Assembly: GCA_040767085.1 (NCBI GenBank)
Contig: JAXGPF010000003.1
Location: 512,001-576,000 of the forward strand
Direction: 5' to 3'
Source of the DNA: Kiritimatiellia bacterium
GTDB lineage: Bacteria > Verrucomicrobiota > Kiritimatiellia > JAAZAB01
Length of the DNA stretch: 64,000 nucleotides
Shown here: positions 1 through 12,500 of the stretch, one piece after another
Layout: every line of letters begins with the position of its first letter
How positions within the stretch are numbered: the first letter of the stretch is position 1
Position numbers and translations under genes: made by a program
The notes under the pieces: generated by a model
Databases searched by the model: none
Seen by the model: only the letters and a program-made list of their open reading frames with translations
What the model was told of the DNA's origin: nothing

Positions 1-640
1 TTTCCCAGTAATCCGGCGCGCGGTTGCCGTTGGCATCCACATACTCGTCGGCGCCAATATCGGCGGCCGCGTCCATCGGCCGCGGCTCGCCGTCATAATC
101 CAGGGCCAGCGCCGGAAAATCCCCGATCAACCGGCCGCCGCCCTGGCCGATGGCGGGCGAAAACTCCGTCAGGTGATAATCGCCACGCAAGCCGATCGGA
201 TGCATTTTCACCGAGATACTGTTGCCGCCTTCGTCCAGGACGGTGGCCGACTGCAAGGAATTGACAAAGCCGGCCGCGAAGCGCGGCGCGGCGGACAGGT
301 TGGAGGCGTCATAGCCCGCGGTATCGGTCAGCAGGCAATCGCGCGGATGCAATACCCATCCCGGGCCGTCGGCCACGTGCAAATCCCAATAAGGCTGCGC
401 GGGATTGGTGGCCAGGCCGCCGGCGCCGCCATGCATGGATGCGTCGTTGTAGAACGACCGGTTGCGCCAGATAATATTATCCTCCAGCACCGGGTCGGCA
501 TGGAATTGGCCGGCGGCATTGGTCAACGCCGGGCTGTGCGCATGGGCCACCAGCCCGGCGCCCTGCGGGACCGAGTTCAACGCGCCCGGCGGAAAGGCCA
601 GTTCCGCGGTGGCGGTGCTGTCATTATTGGCGATGGTATT
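1..640 (-). pseudogene. 3' part of the IS-interrupted giant secreted protein (beta-helix end plus choice-of-anchor-Q-like domain); runs off the window edge
   Basis: Removing IS 649-2182 and one GTTGATAA copy joins ...AARCYIIN to NTIANNDSTATAELAFPP...GDYHLTEFSPAIGQG...DYDGEPRPMDAAADIGADEY..., open to position 1. Not in the ORF track because it lacks a start. Confidence 0.9.
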
Positions 641-648
641 GTTGATAA

Positions 649-2182
649 GGCTCCTAACCAGAATTTGTGGGTAAAAAACAGGTTTTAAAGTTTAAGAAGT
701 TCTCCAAGCAATGGCGCCAAAAGATGGTGGAGTTATTAACAGCCTGCCGCTTTGGGCGTTTGGCGGCCCCGCAGCAGCCTGATTAATAACTCCTGATTGG
801 CGCGATGGCGGAACGGAGATAAAGCGGCGGCAAAAAAATAGGCTGGCCTTTCCGTAATCCATTGCGTATGCAATGGGTGAACACAAAAAAAGGAGGACCA
901 GCCCAAGGTGAAACTTAAAACAATTTTGAATCGTTTGCAACCTTTGAAACGTTTTATTTATCAGGAAACTTGTATGGTTTTGGATCGTCGCGGCCAATGG
1001 AAAGTGGATATAAGCATTCGTCCGCATCGCCAACGCGCGGCATGCTGCTCGCGTTGCGGGCGACCGCTGGCGACATACGACACTCTGCCTGAACGGATAT
1101 GGGCGTTTGTGCCCATTTTGAATGTGCCGGCTTTTTTGCATTATAGTCCGCGCCGGGTAAATTGCCCCGAACATGGCGTGGTGGTGGAAGCGCTGCCTTG
1201 GAGCGATGGCAAACGACCCTACAGCAAGGCGCTGATGCTTTTTTTGGGGAACTGGGCGCGGAGGTTGTCCTGGAAAGAGACGGCGCTGATTTTCAAAGTC
1301 AGTTGGCAGGCGGTTTATCGGTCGGTCGAGTGGATGGTGGAATGGGGCTTGGCGCACCGGGAATTGGCCAATATAACGGCGATTGGTGTTGATGAACTCC
1401 ACGTAGGCAACGGTAAAAAGAGCAAGAACTATCTGACCTTGATCTATCAGATTGATGCGCAATGCCGCCGATTGCTCTGGGTCGGCCAAACCCGCCGGGC
1501 GGCCGCGCTGCGTAAAGGGTTGCAATCTTTGGGAAAACCCGTGCTGGCCGGCATTCGACATATATGTAGCGATATGTGGCGACCTTATCTGAAAGTCATT
1601 GCTGCGAGCCTCAGCCACGGTTGCCACATGATTGACCGCTTCCATGTCGTGCAAACCTTGAATGCCGCCGTGGACGAGGTCCGGCGCCGGGATATGGCGG
1701 CGATGACAGCGCGTCCGGCGGCCAAGCAAAAACTCAAGAAAATGCGCTGGACCTTGCTGCGCCGCAAAACCCGCGTGCGCGGCAAAGCTCGCGAAATGCT
1801 TGATCGGATATTGGGCACAAGACTGCAAACCGGCCGCGCCTATTTGTTCAAGGAAAGCTTTCAGCATTTTTGGAGCTATCACAGCCCAACCTGGGCGCGT
1901 AATTATCTCCAGGCATGGGTCAAGCGCGCCTGTCGTAGCCGCATTGCGCCAATCATTAAGGCGGCTAAAACCATTGCTAAACACGAGGAGCTGCTTTTGA
2001 ACTGGATCAGAGCCAGAAACGAGGTTTTTACTGGCGCAACCGAGGGCTTGAACAATAAAGCTCGAGTGGTTACCAAACGATCTTATGGCTTCAGAACTTT
2101 TCATGGCGCGGAAATGGCGCTATATCATACCCTTGGGCAATTGCCCGAACCGGTAATCACCCACAAATTCTGGTGAGGAAAC
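649..2182 (+). mobile_element. ISL3-family insertion sequence, copy A (1534 bp)
   Basis: Imperfect 24-bp terminal IRs (GGCTCCTAACCAGAATTTGTGGGT vs GTTTCCTCACCAGAATTTGTGGGT); 8-bp target duplication GTTGATAA at 641-648 and 2183-2190; single transposase gene. Confidence 0.95.
908..2176 (+). CDS. ISL3-family DDE transposase
   Basis: 422 aa; zinc finger CSRC...CPEH, IGVDE, CSDMW, DRFHVV and EGLNNK motifs typical of ISL3. Confidence 0.95.
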   Translation: MKLKTILNRLQPLKRFIYQETCMVLDRRGQWKVDISIRPHRQRAACCSRCGRPLATYDTLPERIWAFVPILNVPAFLHYSPRRVNCPEHGVVVEALPWSDGKRPYSKALMLFLGNWARRLSWKETALIFKVSWQAVYRSVEWMVEWGLAHRELANITAIGVDELHVGNGKKSKNYLTLIYQIDAQCRRLLWVGQTRRAAALRKGLQSLGKPVLAGIRHICSDMWRPYLKVIAASLSHGCHMIDRFHVVQTLNAAVDEVRRRDMAAMTARPAAKQKLKKMRWTLLRRKTRVRGKAREMLDRILGTRLQTGRAYLFKESFQHFWSYHSPTWARNYLQAWVKRACRSRIAPIIKAAKTIAKHEELLLNWIRARNEVFTGATEGLNNKARVVTKRSYGFRTFHGAEMALYHTLGQLPEPVITHKFW

Positions 2183-5100
2183 GTTGATAATATAGCACCT
2201 CGCCGCATCCTGCAGCGATACGCCGCCGCCGGCATAGCCGGCAACATTATTAACGATGATGTTATTGAAGAGATTCAGGGCATGCCACAGATTGGTCTGG
2301 CCCGGGCTGGCCTGGACATCCTGGCCGTTGAAATGCGCGGCCCGAATGCCGCCGCCATGCTGGCCGCCCGCAAGATTGCCCTGGATCAGGTTGTTCCGCA
2401 CGGTGATGGTTCCGGCGCCGGGAGTAACCAGGCCCACCGGCGGCGCTTCACCCGCCAGGTAGAGGCCGCCGCCCGCGCCGCCAATATTGGCGGCATAAAA
2501 CACTTCGTTGGCCACAATCCGGTTCCCGACAATCAGGCCGTTGGTGCTCAACCCTTCATGGCAGATACCGGCGCCATTGCCGCGCGTCAGGTTGCCGACC
2601 ACCGTGTTGTTGGTGATCGTGTAATTGGCCGAGCCGGCAAACACGGCGATGCCGCCGCCGCCGGTGATGCCGGCGTTTTTCAGCACCATGTTGTCATGGA
2701 TGACAATCCCGTCATTATCCGCGGGCAGGCCGGTATCGGGTATGCCCAGCGCGATGCCGCCGGCGAATTGGCCCTGATTGCCCTGAATCCGGTTATTACC
2801 GATGCGCAGACCGTGAATAGCACCGGGAACATGAATGCCGCCGCCCATCAGCGAGCCGTAAATCGTGAACCCGTCAATGCGCGCTTGGTTGCCGGACGCG
2901 AAAGGATGCCCGGCGACGTCGCCCAGCACCAGCACACCCGGACACTCGCTGGCGGCAAACGGATCGGCGCCCGGCGTGCCGAGCAGTTCCTGCACCTTGG
3001 TATGCCACGCGGGAATGCGGTCGCTCGGAACCGGATTGGCATTGATGATCGTCGAAGGCGCGCCGGCGCCCTGCAGCCGGACAGGTTTCCAGAGGATGAC
3101 GTTTTCGTCATACACGCCGGGGTGCACAAGAATCAGGTCGCCGGCCGCGGCGGCATCCACGGCATCCTGGATCGGATGCGCCGGATAACCGGCCGGATAT
3201 ACATGGCGCACGGCCGCGCCGCTTTCGAACGTCGTTAAAGTTACGCCCATGGGCGAAAGCCGTCCGTTATCCCCGCGCCGGACCAGCAGTTGCCCGCTGG
3301 GGGCGCCCGCCGGAACACGCGCCTCGATCGAACCATCGCTCCACGACAACACCGTCAGCGGAACCTGTCCGACCGTCACTTGCCCGGGCACGCCGCCGAA
3401 TCCATAGTCGCGGGTGATATACGGCGGCAGGTTCGATGTCGTCAGGTAATAGTCGGGGTTGGGAACCATCGAGGGCCCGACGGAGACGATCGTTAATACG
3501 CCGGTGGAACTGGCGGCGAGGGCGCCGCCGGCCGGCCCGGCGACGGAGTGGATGATCGGGGTGCGATCCGGCGCCTCAACATCCAGCTTGCGATACCGGT
3601 CGCCGACGAACGCCGCCAGGGGGACAATCGGCGTATCGAGATAGGTGGTCATCGCCGGATAATATTGGAAGGTCCAGGGAGTCTGGCTGTAATTGGGATC
3701 GTAAAAAGGATCCACGATCCGCATACCAGGATGGTTCGGATCCGGCATGGTGGGCTTGTTGATGACCAGGGTCAACATGCTGGGTGACACCCCGCTGGGC
3801 GAGGGAACGTTAACCGTAATCGTGGATGGGAGCAGCGCATTGTAACCGCCGAACTCGTCCGTATAAACGCGCAAGATTTCGTGGCCGGCATAATCCTCAA
3901 AAGCCACCGGCAGCCAGGCCGGCGCGGCTTTCTCGCCATAAACCGGGCTGGTTGGATCGAATTCCGCGGCAAGATCGTTGTTGACGAAGCCGACGGCGCG
4001 CGCCGCTTTGGGGACCTCGGTAAAAAGAAAGAAATTGACGCCCGGATTCCCACCCTCCGCGAGTTTAACCTGCTTGCGGTCGGGACCCCGCAAGGTCCGG
4101 CCGGCCAGCGGCGCCGGCGTCCCGGGAAACAGGGTGAGTTCCGGCGGCACGACATAAGGATCGCCCACGCAAAGCGGCGTTGCCAATGGCAGGGCAGTCT
4201 TGGCCGGGGTATAGTTATCACCGTAATCCACGTTTTTATCCTGGGATTTGAAATGAAGGTAGCCCGGCGGCGCGGCCGCCTCCACAATATACGCGCCCGG
4301 GGGCAGTCCTTCCACTTCAGACCCGGCAGAATCGGCCATGCCGCCTGGAAAATAAGAAACAAAGGCATAGCCGCCGTTAAACACGCCCGGGCGGACTTGA
4401 TTCCAGGTCCCATAACCGTCGAATCCCGGCACAACCCGTTGCCCATGGATCACCGGCGCATTGGTCATGATGCTGCCCTCCGGCGGGCTGTCATCCCAAC
4501 TGTCCGTCTGCGTAATTTGCAGCGCGTCGCCGGGATCGAAAACCCCGTTGCTATTGCGATCCACGTCCTCCAAACCCTTGGCGCCGCCGGCCTGCCACTC
4601 GAAAGGATAATTATCCACATCGGCCAGGGTGGCCCGGCCATCCTGATCGCAGTCGTCAATGACGCCATCCTCGTCGCCATCGCCGTAAAGCGCCACTTGC
4701 ACACGCGGGATTCCGGGTTCCCACGGTTCCGCCGCCGCCTCCTGGGGATCGTTTTCGGCGCGGGTGGTGTTGTAATGGACAATCCCGGAAATTCCACCGT
4801 TCTCGCCGGCGGCATAGTCCGTCTTGCCCCAGTCAATGATATTGTTCTGGTTAAGAAACAGCATGATGGCCTCGGTCAATACCGGGCCGGTTTCCGTCCG
4901 CGACAGGTTGTTGCCGGTGTTGGGATTGACGATCGGCTGGCCGTAATCGGGGGAATTGGTGTCCATGTTGACCTGGGGTTGCGGAGTGAGTTTGTTGCGG
5001 GAGGGCATCGCCCACCCGTTGTCGGGCAACACCTCGCCGCCATCGTCAATAATGGCGGTCATACCGGTAGCCTTATACCGCGCAAAATCCACCTCCGCGA

Positions 5101-6508
5101 CCAGCCATTTAAAGAAGGGAAACACCTCGCTGAAGCTGTAATTCCCCGCGCCGTCCGTCACCCGGCCCTGGTAAATGCTGCCGTCGCGGAAACGCAGATT
5201 GACCGCCTGGCCGACAATGCCGGCCTCGCCGGGATCGCGGAATCCATCCTGATCGGCATCGTAGAAAACCGATCCTTCCAGCGCGCCGAACCAGCGGAAA
5301 CACAGGACATTGCCCAGATCGACATCCGCTCCGTTGGTGACCGTGAAGGTGTTGAAGCCGAATAACGCATCCAACGGCATGTCCCAGGTTACCAGTTGAT
5401 AGCTGCCCGGCGGCACGTTGGTGATGACGAACATGCTGTCAGCATCGCAAGGAGCGGCATATAGTCCAACCGGGGCCGCGGCCGGACCGTTCAAACCGAT
5501 CCAGCCGTCCGGTACCGGTTCGCCCGGGAAAAACCCCTGGTTTTTAGGCGGCTTGGAAAAATGGTTGTAAACCAGCCGGCCGCGTACCCGCCCGTTGTCC
5601 GCGGCCGCTGGCGGCGGATTAGTAACCCAAGGAAGGCGCGCGCGATCCACGAACCCGAAGGCCACGTGTTTAAAGCCGCCGCCCCATCCCTCGATAAACA
5701 CCGCCGGCTCGTTGGCCTTAACCCAGGCGTCAATCACCATGGTGCCTTCGATGGTGGAAGTTTGGACCCACCCCGTCCCATCCGGCGGGATGACCGTTAC
5801 GCCATATTTACCCGGCGCCAGAAAACGCACGCGCGCGTCGCCGTTGGCGTCAGTTTGAATCACGCCGCTGCCCATCATATCCACGATATAATTGCCGTCG
5901 GCGTCCATCTCGTACTGGCCGCTGGCGTCCTGCCGGTAGGTGGTGCCCAGCGGATTGCCGAACGCGTCGGCCATCAGCGGCCCGCCCAGATCCGCCAGCA
6001 TGACTTTAAAGTTCGCCAGCCCCGGCTCGCCATTGTCATAAACATTATTGATCGGGTTGTGGTCCTGGAATACCAGGATCGAAATCTGCGCCGTGGGCAC
6101 CGGGTGCCGGTTGACGACAATCGTCGCGCCGGTTTGCCCGTTGGTAATCAGCGCCGAACCCAAGGTGTGCCCGGCATCGGGCAGAACCGAGACCAGGTAG
6201 CGGCCGGCGGACGGGACGGCGATATTGGCGGCCGCGCCGGCCGTATGCCCGGTGCTGACCAAGGGCGCATAGCTTTTATGGATAGCCAGCGAAATGCTGT
6301 CCGCCACCTGGGCGCCCGGAACGGTCACCGTTGTCGTATCCTCCTCCACCAGCCAGCGGAAACCGCTGACGGCGGCGCCGTTTTCGTCCACCACCTGCAA
6401 GGAAAACGCCGCGGATGACAGGGGGATTGCCGCGGAGACCGCCATGCCTAGTATCCAGGCCAGCACCGGCCATGGGCCCGGCATTCGAACAAGCCGATTA
6501 GCATACAT
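2183..6508 (-). pseudogene. 5' part of giant secreted protein (SdrD-B/CnaB-like repeats, IPT/TIG-like segment, right-handed beta-helix), truncated by IS
   Basis: Signal peptide; GSVFYDADQDGFRDPGE-type SdrD-B motifs; IQDAVDAAAAGDLILVHPGVY beta-helix start; the last 20 aa of the 1462-aa ORF are read from the IS end; RBS AAGGAG. Confidence 0.85.
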
Positions 6509-6538
6509 ATTTAATTCTCCTTAAAAACCGCCGTGACT

Positions 6539-6566
6539 GCGCCGGCCCAAAGGCCGGGGCCGGCGC
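6539..6566. other. GC-rich intergenic hairpin (RNA stability or attenuation element)
   Basis: GCGCCGGCCC-N8-GGGCCGGCGC, no clear U tract. Confidence 0.35.
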
Positions 6567-6586
6567 CATAGTTCAACAAGGACGGA

Positions 6587-7903
6587 TTACCGCCCCGTGC
6601 CGGCCGGCTTGTAACCAGGGCCGCCCAGCATCACTCCCACTTCGGAGGCGTAATCCTGAGTGGACAGCAAGGCGCGCCAGGCGCCGGTGGTTTCCTGGTA
6701 AAGGGCCGGGTCCGCCAGACCATCCCCGTCGTAATCCGCCGGCGCCGGAATGAAGCCGGGACCGCCAAAGGCCAGGTCGGTGATGATTATGTCATCCAGG
6801 CTGGACAACAAGATCATCCAGGCGCCGGCGCTTTCCTGGTAAAGGGCCGGGTCCGCCAGACCATCCCCGTCGTAATCCGCCGGCACCGGGGTGAACCCGG
6901 GGCCGCCGAATGTGCCGGTGACCTCCTGATAATCATCGGCGGAAAGCATCCCGGCCCAAAGCCCGGTTGCTTCCTGATACAGGGCAGGATCTGTAATGCC
7001 GTCGCCATCGTAATCGGCGGCGACGGCCTTGTAACCGGGGCCGCCGAAGAACTGGGACACTTCCGCATACTGGTCATCCGACAGGCGCGCAGCCCACTGT
7101 CCGGTGAGTTCCTGGTAAACCGCCGGATCGGTCTTGCCGTCGCCGTCGTAATCGCCCTGGGCCGGGAGATAGCCCGGGCCGCCGACTTGGATGTAGCCGA
7201 CCGCCAATATCTGACTGCTCCACAGACCCGTGGATTTCTGGTACACCGCCAGGTCCGTAATCCGGTCGCCATTGTAATCGCCGGGAACCGGCAGATAGTC
7301 CGGGCCGCCAAACAGGCCGCCGGTTTGTTGGTAGCCGCTGCCTGAGAGCAGTAAATACCAGAATCCGGCGCTTTCATTGTAAACCACCAGGTCCATCAGG
7401 CCGTCGCCGTCATAATCGCCGAACGCACTGTCGCCCGCCGCGAAATTGCGCTGATATTCCATGGCCATCAATGTGCGCGGGGAAATATCCACCGTCACCG
7501 GCGTGGTAGCGCCGGGCAGGGGCGAAACCGACATGTCGCCGTAGCGGCTGATAATGGCCGCATCGCACGGGCCGGGGTCGGCGCAATTGTAGACCTTGAT
7601 ATAGAGATAGCCGCCTTCGTATTGGGTTCCGCTCCCGAATGTGCGCGGGCCAAAATTAAAACACCCCTCCAGCGTGGTGTAATCGCGCGCCAGCAGCACG
7701 GGATTCGCATAATTCGTCGCGGGCGTGTAATATAATTCCACCAGCGAGCCGCGCGGCAGATTGGCGTTAGCGCCCGGCGTGGCAGGATCGTTGAGGCCAT
7801 TGGAAGCCCGCCATTGCACGTTGATCCTGGCGGACGCCGCTAACGTCATCATTGCGTAAATCGCCGCGCAAGTGGCGGCGGCCGTTAAGGTTTTACTTTG
7901 CAT
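6587..7903 (-). CDS. Secreted protein with C-terminal FG-GAP/VCBS-like repeats
   Basis: Start MQSKTLT with AGGAG RBS; signal peptide; six D[YF][DN]GDGxxDxxxY repeats. Confidence 0.85.
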   Translation of the reverse strand: MQSKTLTAAATCAAIYAMMTLAASARINVQWRASNGLNDPATPGANANLPRGSLVELYYTPATNYANPVLLARDYTTLEGCFNFGPRTFGSGTQYEGGYLYIKVYNCADPGPCDAAIISRYGDMSVSPLPGATTPVTVDISPRTLMAMEYQRNFAAGDSAFGDYDGDGLMDLVVYNESAGFWYLLLSGSGYQQTGGLFGGPDYLPVPGDYNGDRITDLAVYQKSTGLWSSQILAVGYIQVGGPGYLPAQGDYDGDGKTDPAVYQELTGQWAARLSDDQYAEVSQFFGGPGYKAVAADYDGDGITDPALYQEATGLWAGMLSADDYQEVTGTFGGPGFTPVPADYDGDGLADPALYQESAGAWMILLSSLDDIIITDLAFGGPGFIPAPADYDGDGLADPALYQETTGAWRALLSTQDYASEVGVMLGGPGYKPAGTGR

Positions 7904-7955
7904 TGTTATTCTCCTGATGGGGTTGAATGATTGACGGCGAGTTGACTTAAAAGCG

Positions 7956-8669
7956 TTAAGGATATGCATATGGTTTAACCTCCGTCCAATTGGTTGCGCC
8001 GCGCGCATTCAGCCAGAATCCCTGGCCGGGCGGCAGCACTAGGTCCCGGCTCCACCTGCCGTTGTGTTTGGCGGAGGTCCGAAAGGCCCCGGCGGTGGAA
8101 TCGAAGACAATGATGGCGCTCCCCTCGGCCGCCGCCGCGGCAAACGCCGTGTTGGTCCAGCGCATCTCCACGGGATAGGCATAGCCGACAAGATTGACTG
8201 CCTCCGGGCCGCAGGCATCCAGGGGCACATCCGCCACCGGGAGCGACCTGGAATCCGGCGCTTCACCAGTCAGATATATTTCGAAGGCGGAATGAACGCT
8301 ATCGCCCACCTGCAGCCAGAACGTTTTGCCCACCAGGTTGTTCGTCCCGGGCCGCCAGGCGCCGAGTAATTTGACTTCCGCGGCATCGCCCGCCGAATAA
8401 TTTTGGATCACGGCATCCCAAAACACGATGGCGGAACCGTTCGGCAGATGCGCCATGATGTCATTCACCGTGACCACCTGCCGATCCAGTGGCATCAGCG
8501 GATAGTGCATCTGGTAGAGCCCGCGCCGGGCTACGGTGAATTTGACATACGCCGCCACATTCCGGCTGGCTACCGCCGGGGGCGTCTGGGCGGAAAGATT
8601 TGTTCCCAGCAACCAGGCCCCGCTGATGGCAAACACCGCCGCGACCCGCAACTCCATCAAACTTTTCAT
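7956..8669 (-). CDS. Hypothetical exported protein
   Basis: 237 aa, AAGGAG RBS, signal peptide, two internal repeats ending GKTFWL / GQGFWL. Confidence 0.75.
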   Translation of the reverse strand: MKSLMELRVAAVFAISGAWLLGTNLSAQTPPAVASRNVAAYVKFTVARRGLYQMHYPLMPLDRQVVTVNDIMAHLPNGSAIVFWDAVIQNYSAGDAAEVKLLGAWRPGTNNLVGKTFWLQVGDSVHSAFEIYLTGEAPDSRSLPVADVPLDACGPEAVNLVGYAYPVEMRWTNTAFAAAAAEGSAIIVFDSTAGAFRTSAKHNGRWSRDLVLPPGQGFWLNARGATNWTEVKPYAYP

Positions 8670-8747
8670 AACCGCTCCTTTCCGTCCAGGCGTAACGCCA
8701 GGTTTTTTAATACGCGCTCATCCTATCAAGATGTTATTTCCTGTGAA

Positions 8748-9194
8748 TCAGGGGCAACCTGAGATCGCCCTGCGCTTTTCCCGATGTTCCGCCGGCCCGA
8801 TTTGATCGGACGGACGGCCGGCGACATACTGTTTTCCGGCGCCGACGCTCCGGATTGCCGGAATCAATTCTTCCAAAGCGCGGGGCTTGCAGACAAAGCC
8901 AAGCGCGCCGGCCTCCAGCACCGCCTGGATCAGAATCGGCGCGGAGTAATTTGAAAACACGATGACCTGCGTTCCCGGGCATTCCCCCATGATTGCCCAG
9001 GTGGCGTCGATGCCGTTCATCCGCGGCAGCATAATATCCATCACCACGACATCGGGACGGAGCTGCCGGACCAGCGCCAGCGCTGTTTCCGCCGACCCGA
9101 CATCCGCCACGACATCCAAATCCTTTTCCTGGCCGATCAGGCTTTTCACTTGTTTCCGCATTGGGATATGATCGTCCACCAGTAACACTTTCAT
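8748..9194 (-). CDS. Response regulator, NarL-type receiver domain without DNA-binding HTH
   Basis: MKVLLVDDH, VVVMDIMLP (phospho-Asp), S and K conserved; ends about 25 aa after the receiver. Confidence 0.85.
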   Translation of the reverse strand: MKVLLVDDHIPMRKQVKSLIGQEKDLDVVADVGSAETALALVRQLRPDVVVMDIMLPRMNGIDATWAIMGECPGTQVIVFSNYSAPILIQAVLEAGALGFVCKPRALEELIPAIRSVGAGKQYVAGRPSDQIGPAEHREKRRAISGCP

Positions 9195-9542
9195 GTTTTT
9201 CAATTGCCCCTGGATGCCATGCATATCCGCGGCGGCGGCCGTCTGACCAATGCGCCGCAACTGTTCCGGCGGAAACGGATTCCCGCCTTTCTGATTATGA
9301 TTGTGCCGTAAACCGCGGCCGGGGCCAATCGGGGAAAGCCTGATGCTCCCCGGCGTAAAACCCTATTCAAAGCGCCGGCAAAATCCGCAATCATACTTGC
9401 CTTCGCCGGCATTTCGGCGTATAAAACCAAGCGGCCCGACAATGCCCCCGGAAAGCATGGCCGAGGCGCGCTGGCCGCGCAGGCTTGACAGCGGCGGGGC
9501 ATTGGCAAATTGCGCCTGACATTCTTGGGAAAGCAATGGAAG

Positions 9543-12500
9543 ATGCATCCAGATAAATCCGGCGGCATCCAGCAAAATACCCCCCGCACACCCGCCGCAA
9601 GCGACCAGCTCCGTCCTGCGGTCGCCCCGGACAGCGCTGCCACGGAAAATTGGCTGTCCGCAGTCCTGGCAGCCCTCCCGGTGGGCGTGGCCATCACGGA
9701 CGACCGGGGCGTACGCATTCGGGCAAACGCCGAATTCGAACGCATCTGGAAAGGCCTGCAGCCGATCGTACGGGATGCCGCCGGCCCGACCGTTTATCAA
9801 GCTTGGTGGGCGGATTCCGGCAAACCGGTCCAGCCCGATGAATGGGCTTCCGCCCAGGCCGTGAACAAAGGCGAGACCGTGACCGGCCAGGTTCTGGAAA
9901 TCCAGCGACCCGACGGCACCCGCGGGTATATCGTCAACAGCGCCGCCCCGTTCCGGGACGACGCCGGCCGTATTGCCGGCAGCGCCGTGGCGATCCAAGA
10001 CATTACCGAACTGCGCCAGACCCAGTCGGAGATTGCGCACCTGGCTTCCTTCCCCATGCTGAACCCGCAGCCGGTGGTCGAGGCGGACATGGAAGGACAA
10101 GTGCTTTTCATGAATCCGTCAGCCCGGCAATTATTCCCGGATTTGAAACAGCTCGGGCCCAAGCATCCCTGGCTGGCGGGTTGGAACAGGGTGGCGCAGG
10201 CCTGCCGCCAAAGCGGCGGCGTCATCAGCGGATCCCGTGAAGTCACGCTTGGCGACAGTTCTTACCTGCAATCAATCTGCTATACCCCGCACCGCAACTG
10301 TGTGCGCATATACGGCATCGACATCACCGCGCGCAAACGCGCCCAGGAAGCCTTGCAGCAACTCAACGCCGAATTGGAACGCCGCGTGGCCCGGCAAACC
10401 GCCGAAATCCGCGAGAAAAGCGCTTACAACCGCCGCCTGATCGAAACCAGCCCGGACCCGCTGGTGACGATCGGACCGGACGGTAAGATCACGGACGTCA
10501 ACACGGCGACGGAAAAAGTGACGGGGCGGTCCCGGACGGAGCTGATCGGCACCGATTTCCTGGATTACTTCACGGAGCCGGAACGGGCGCGTGCGGGGTA
10601 CCAGCAGGTCTTCAAGGAAGGCCGGATCGGCGATTACCCGCTGGAAATCCGGCACCGGGACGGGCATGTCACGTCCGTCATTTACAACGCCTCGGTCTAC
10701 CGCGACGCGCAGGGGAAAGTCGCGGGGGTTTTCGCCGCCGCCCGCGACATCACCCAGCGCAAGCGCGCCGAGGAGCTGGTGCTGGCTGAGCGCCAGCGTC
10801 TTTATGACGTGCTGGAGACGCTGCCGGTTTACGTGGTGCTGCTGGCGCATGATCACCGCATGCCCTTTGCCAACCGGTTTTTCCGGGAGCGATTCGGCGT
10901 TGCCGGCGGCAAGCGCTGTTTTGAGCACCTTTTTAACCGGACCGAAGCCTGTAAAGACTGCGAGTCCTACAAGGCGCTGGAAACGAACGCGCCGCACCAT
11001 TGGGAGTGGACCGGGCCGGACGGACGCAACTACCAGATCCACGACTTCCCTTTCACGGACAGCGACGGGTCGCCCATGATCATGGAAATGGGCCTTGATA
11101 TCACGGATACCAGGCAGGCGCAGGCGGCGCTCCAGCAAGTCAACGAGACGCTGGAACAGCGTGTGGCTGACCGCACGGCGCAGTTGGCCGCCAGCGAGCA
11201 GCGCCTCAGGCAAGCGGAAGAGATCGCGCATCTCGGCAGTTGGGAGTTGGACATCGCGGGAGGCCGGCTGGCATGGTCGGATGAAGTCTTCCGCATCTTC
11301 GGCCTGGCGCCGCAGGAGTTCATGCCGACCTACGCGGCTTTCCTGGAGCGCGTGCATCCCGACGATCGGGCGATCGTGGATGAAGCTTATCAGAGTTCGG
11401 TGCGTGAAAACCGCGACACCTATGAAGTCGAACACCGGATCATCCGCAAGGACAACGGCGCCGTCCGCACGGTTCACGAGAAATGCGAACATTTCCTGGA
11501 TGCCGGCGGCCGGATTATCCGTTCGGTCGGCATGGTGCACGACATCACGGAACGTAAATGGGCGGATGAAGTGCTGCGGCGTTCGCACGACGAACTGGAA
11601 CAAATGGTCAAGGAACGCACCGCGGCCCTGGCGGATAGCGAACGGAAATACCGCGAACTGGTGGAGAATGCCAACAGCGTCATCATGCGCATCACCCCCG
11701 ACCATACCATCACGTTCTTCAACGAGTATGCGCAGCGCCTCTTTGGTTATACGCCGGCGGAACTGCTGGGCCGGAATGCGGTCGGCACTATCATCCCGTC
11801 CGTGGATTCGGCGGGACTCGATCTGCGAGCCATGATACAGGCAATCACGGCGGACCCCGACGGATACACGATCAACGAAAACGAGAATATCTGCAAGAAC
11901 GGCAAACGGGTCTGGGTGCATTGGTCCAACCGCGCCGTGCGCGACGAAAAGGGCCGGCTGGTCGAGATTCTATGCGTGGGGACGGACGTGACCGCACGCA
12001 AGCACTCGGAAGAACGCGCCAAGGTGACCGGCGCCATGCTTGCGCTCTTTGCCCGGAAAACCACCCGCCGCGATTATCTGGAAGCCGTGACGGATTTGCT
12101 CCAGCAAGTTTTCGGATGCCGCTGCATCGGCATCCGGATCCGCAACGATGATGGGGAGATCCCCTACGAGGCCAGCAAGGGATTCACACCGGAGTTTCTG
12201 GCATCCGAATCGCGCCTGCACCCCGACCGGCACGCGTGCGTCTGCCCGCGCATCATGAAGGCGCATCCGTTGCCGTGCGATCGCGCGGCGCTGAGTCCGG
12301 GCGGTTCCTTTTTCTGCAACGACACCGCGGTTTTCTTCAACACCATGCAGAAGGCGGATCGGCGGTTGTTCCGGGGCGTTTGCGCCAAATACGGATTTGC
12401 CTCCCTCGCCGTCCTACCGATCCGCTACCAGGGCCGGATGTTAGGCGCAGTCCACCTAGCCGATGAACGACCGGACAGGTTTCCCCCGGAGGTAGTCGAA

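Noticed and set aside
692-2104. 470-aa antisense ORF in the IS (also 34649-36061, and the 417-aa ORF 40112-41365)
   Set aside because: Lies opposite a clear transposase gene and has no recognisable motifs; shadow ORF.
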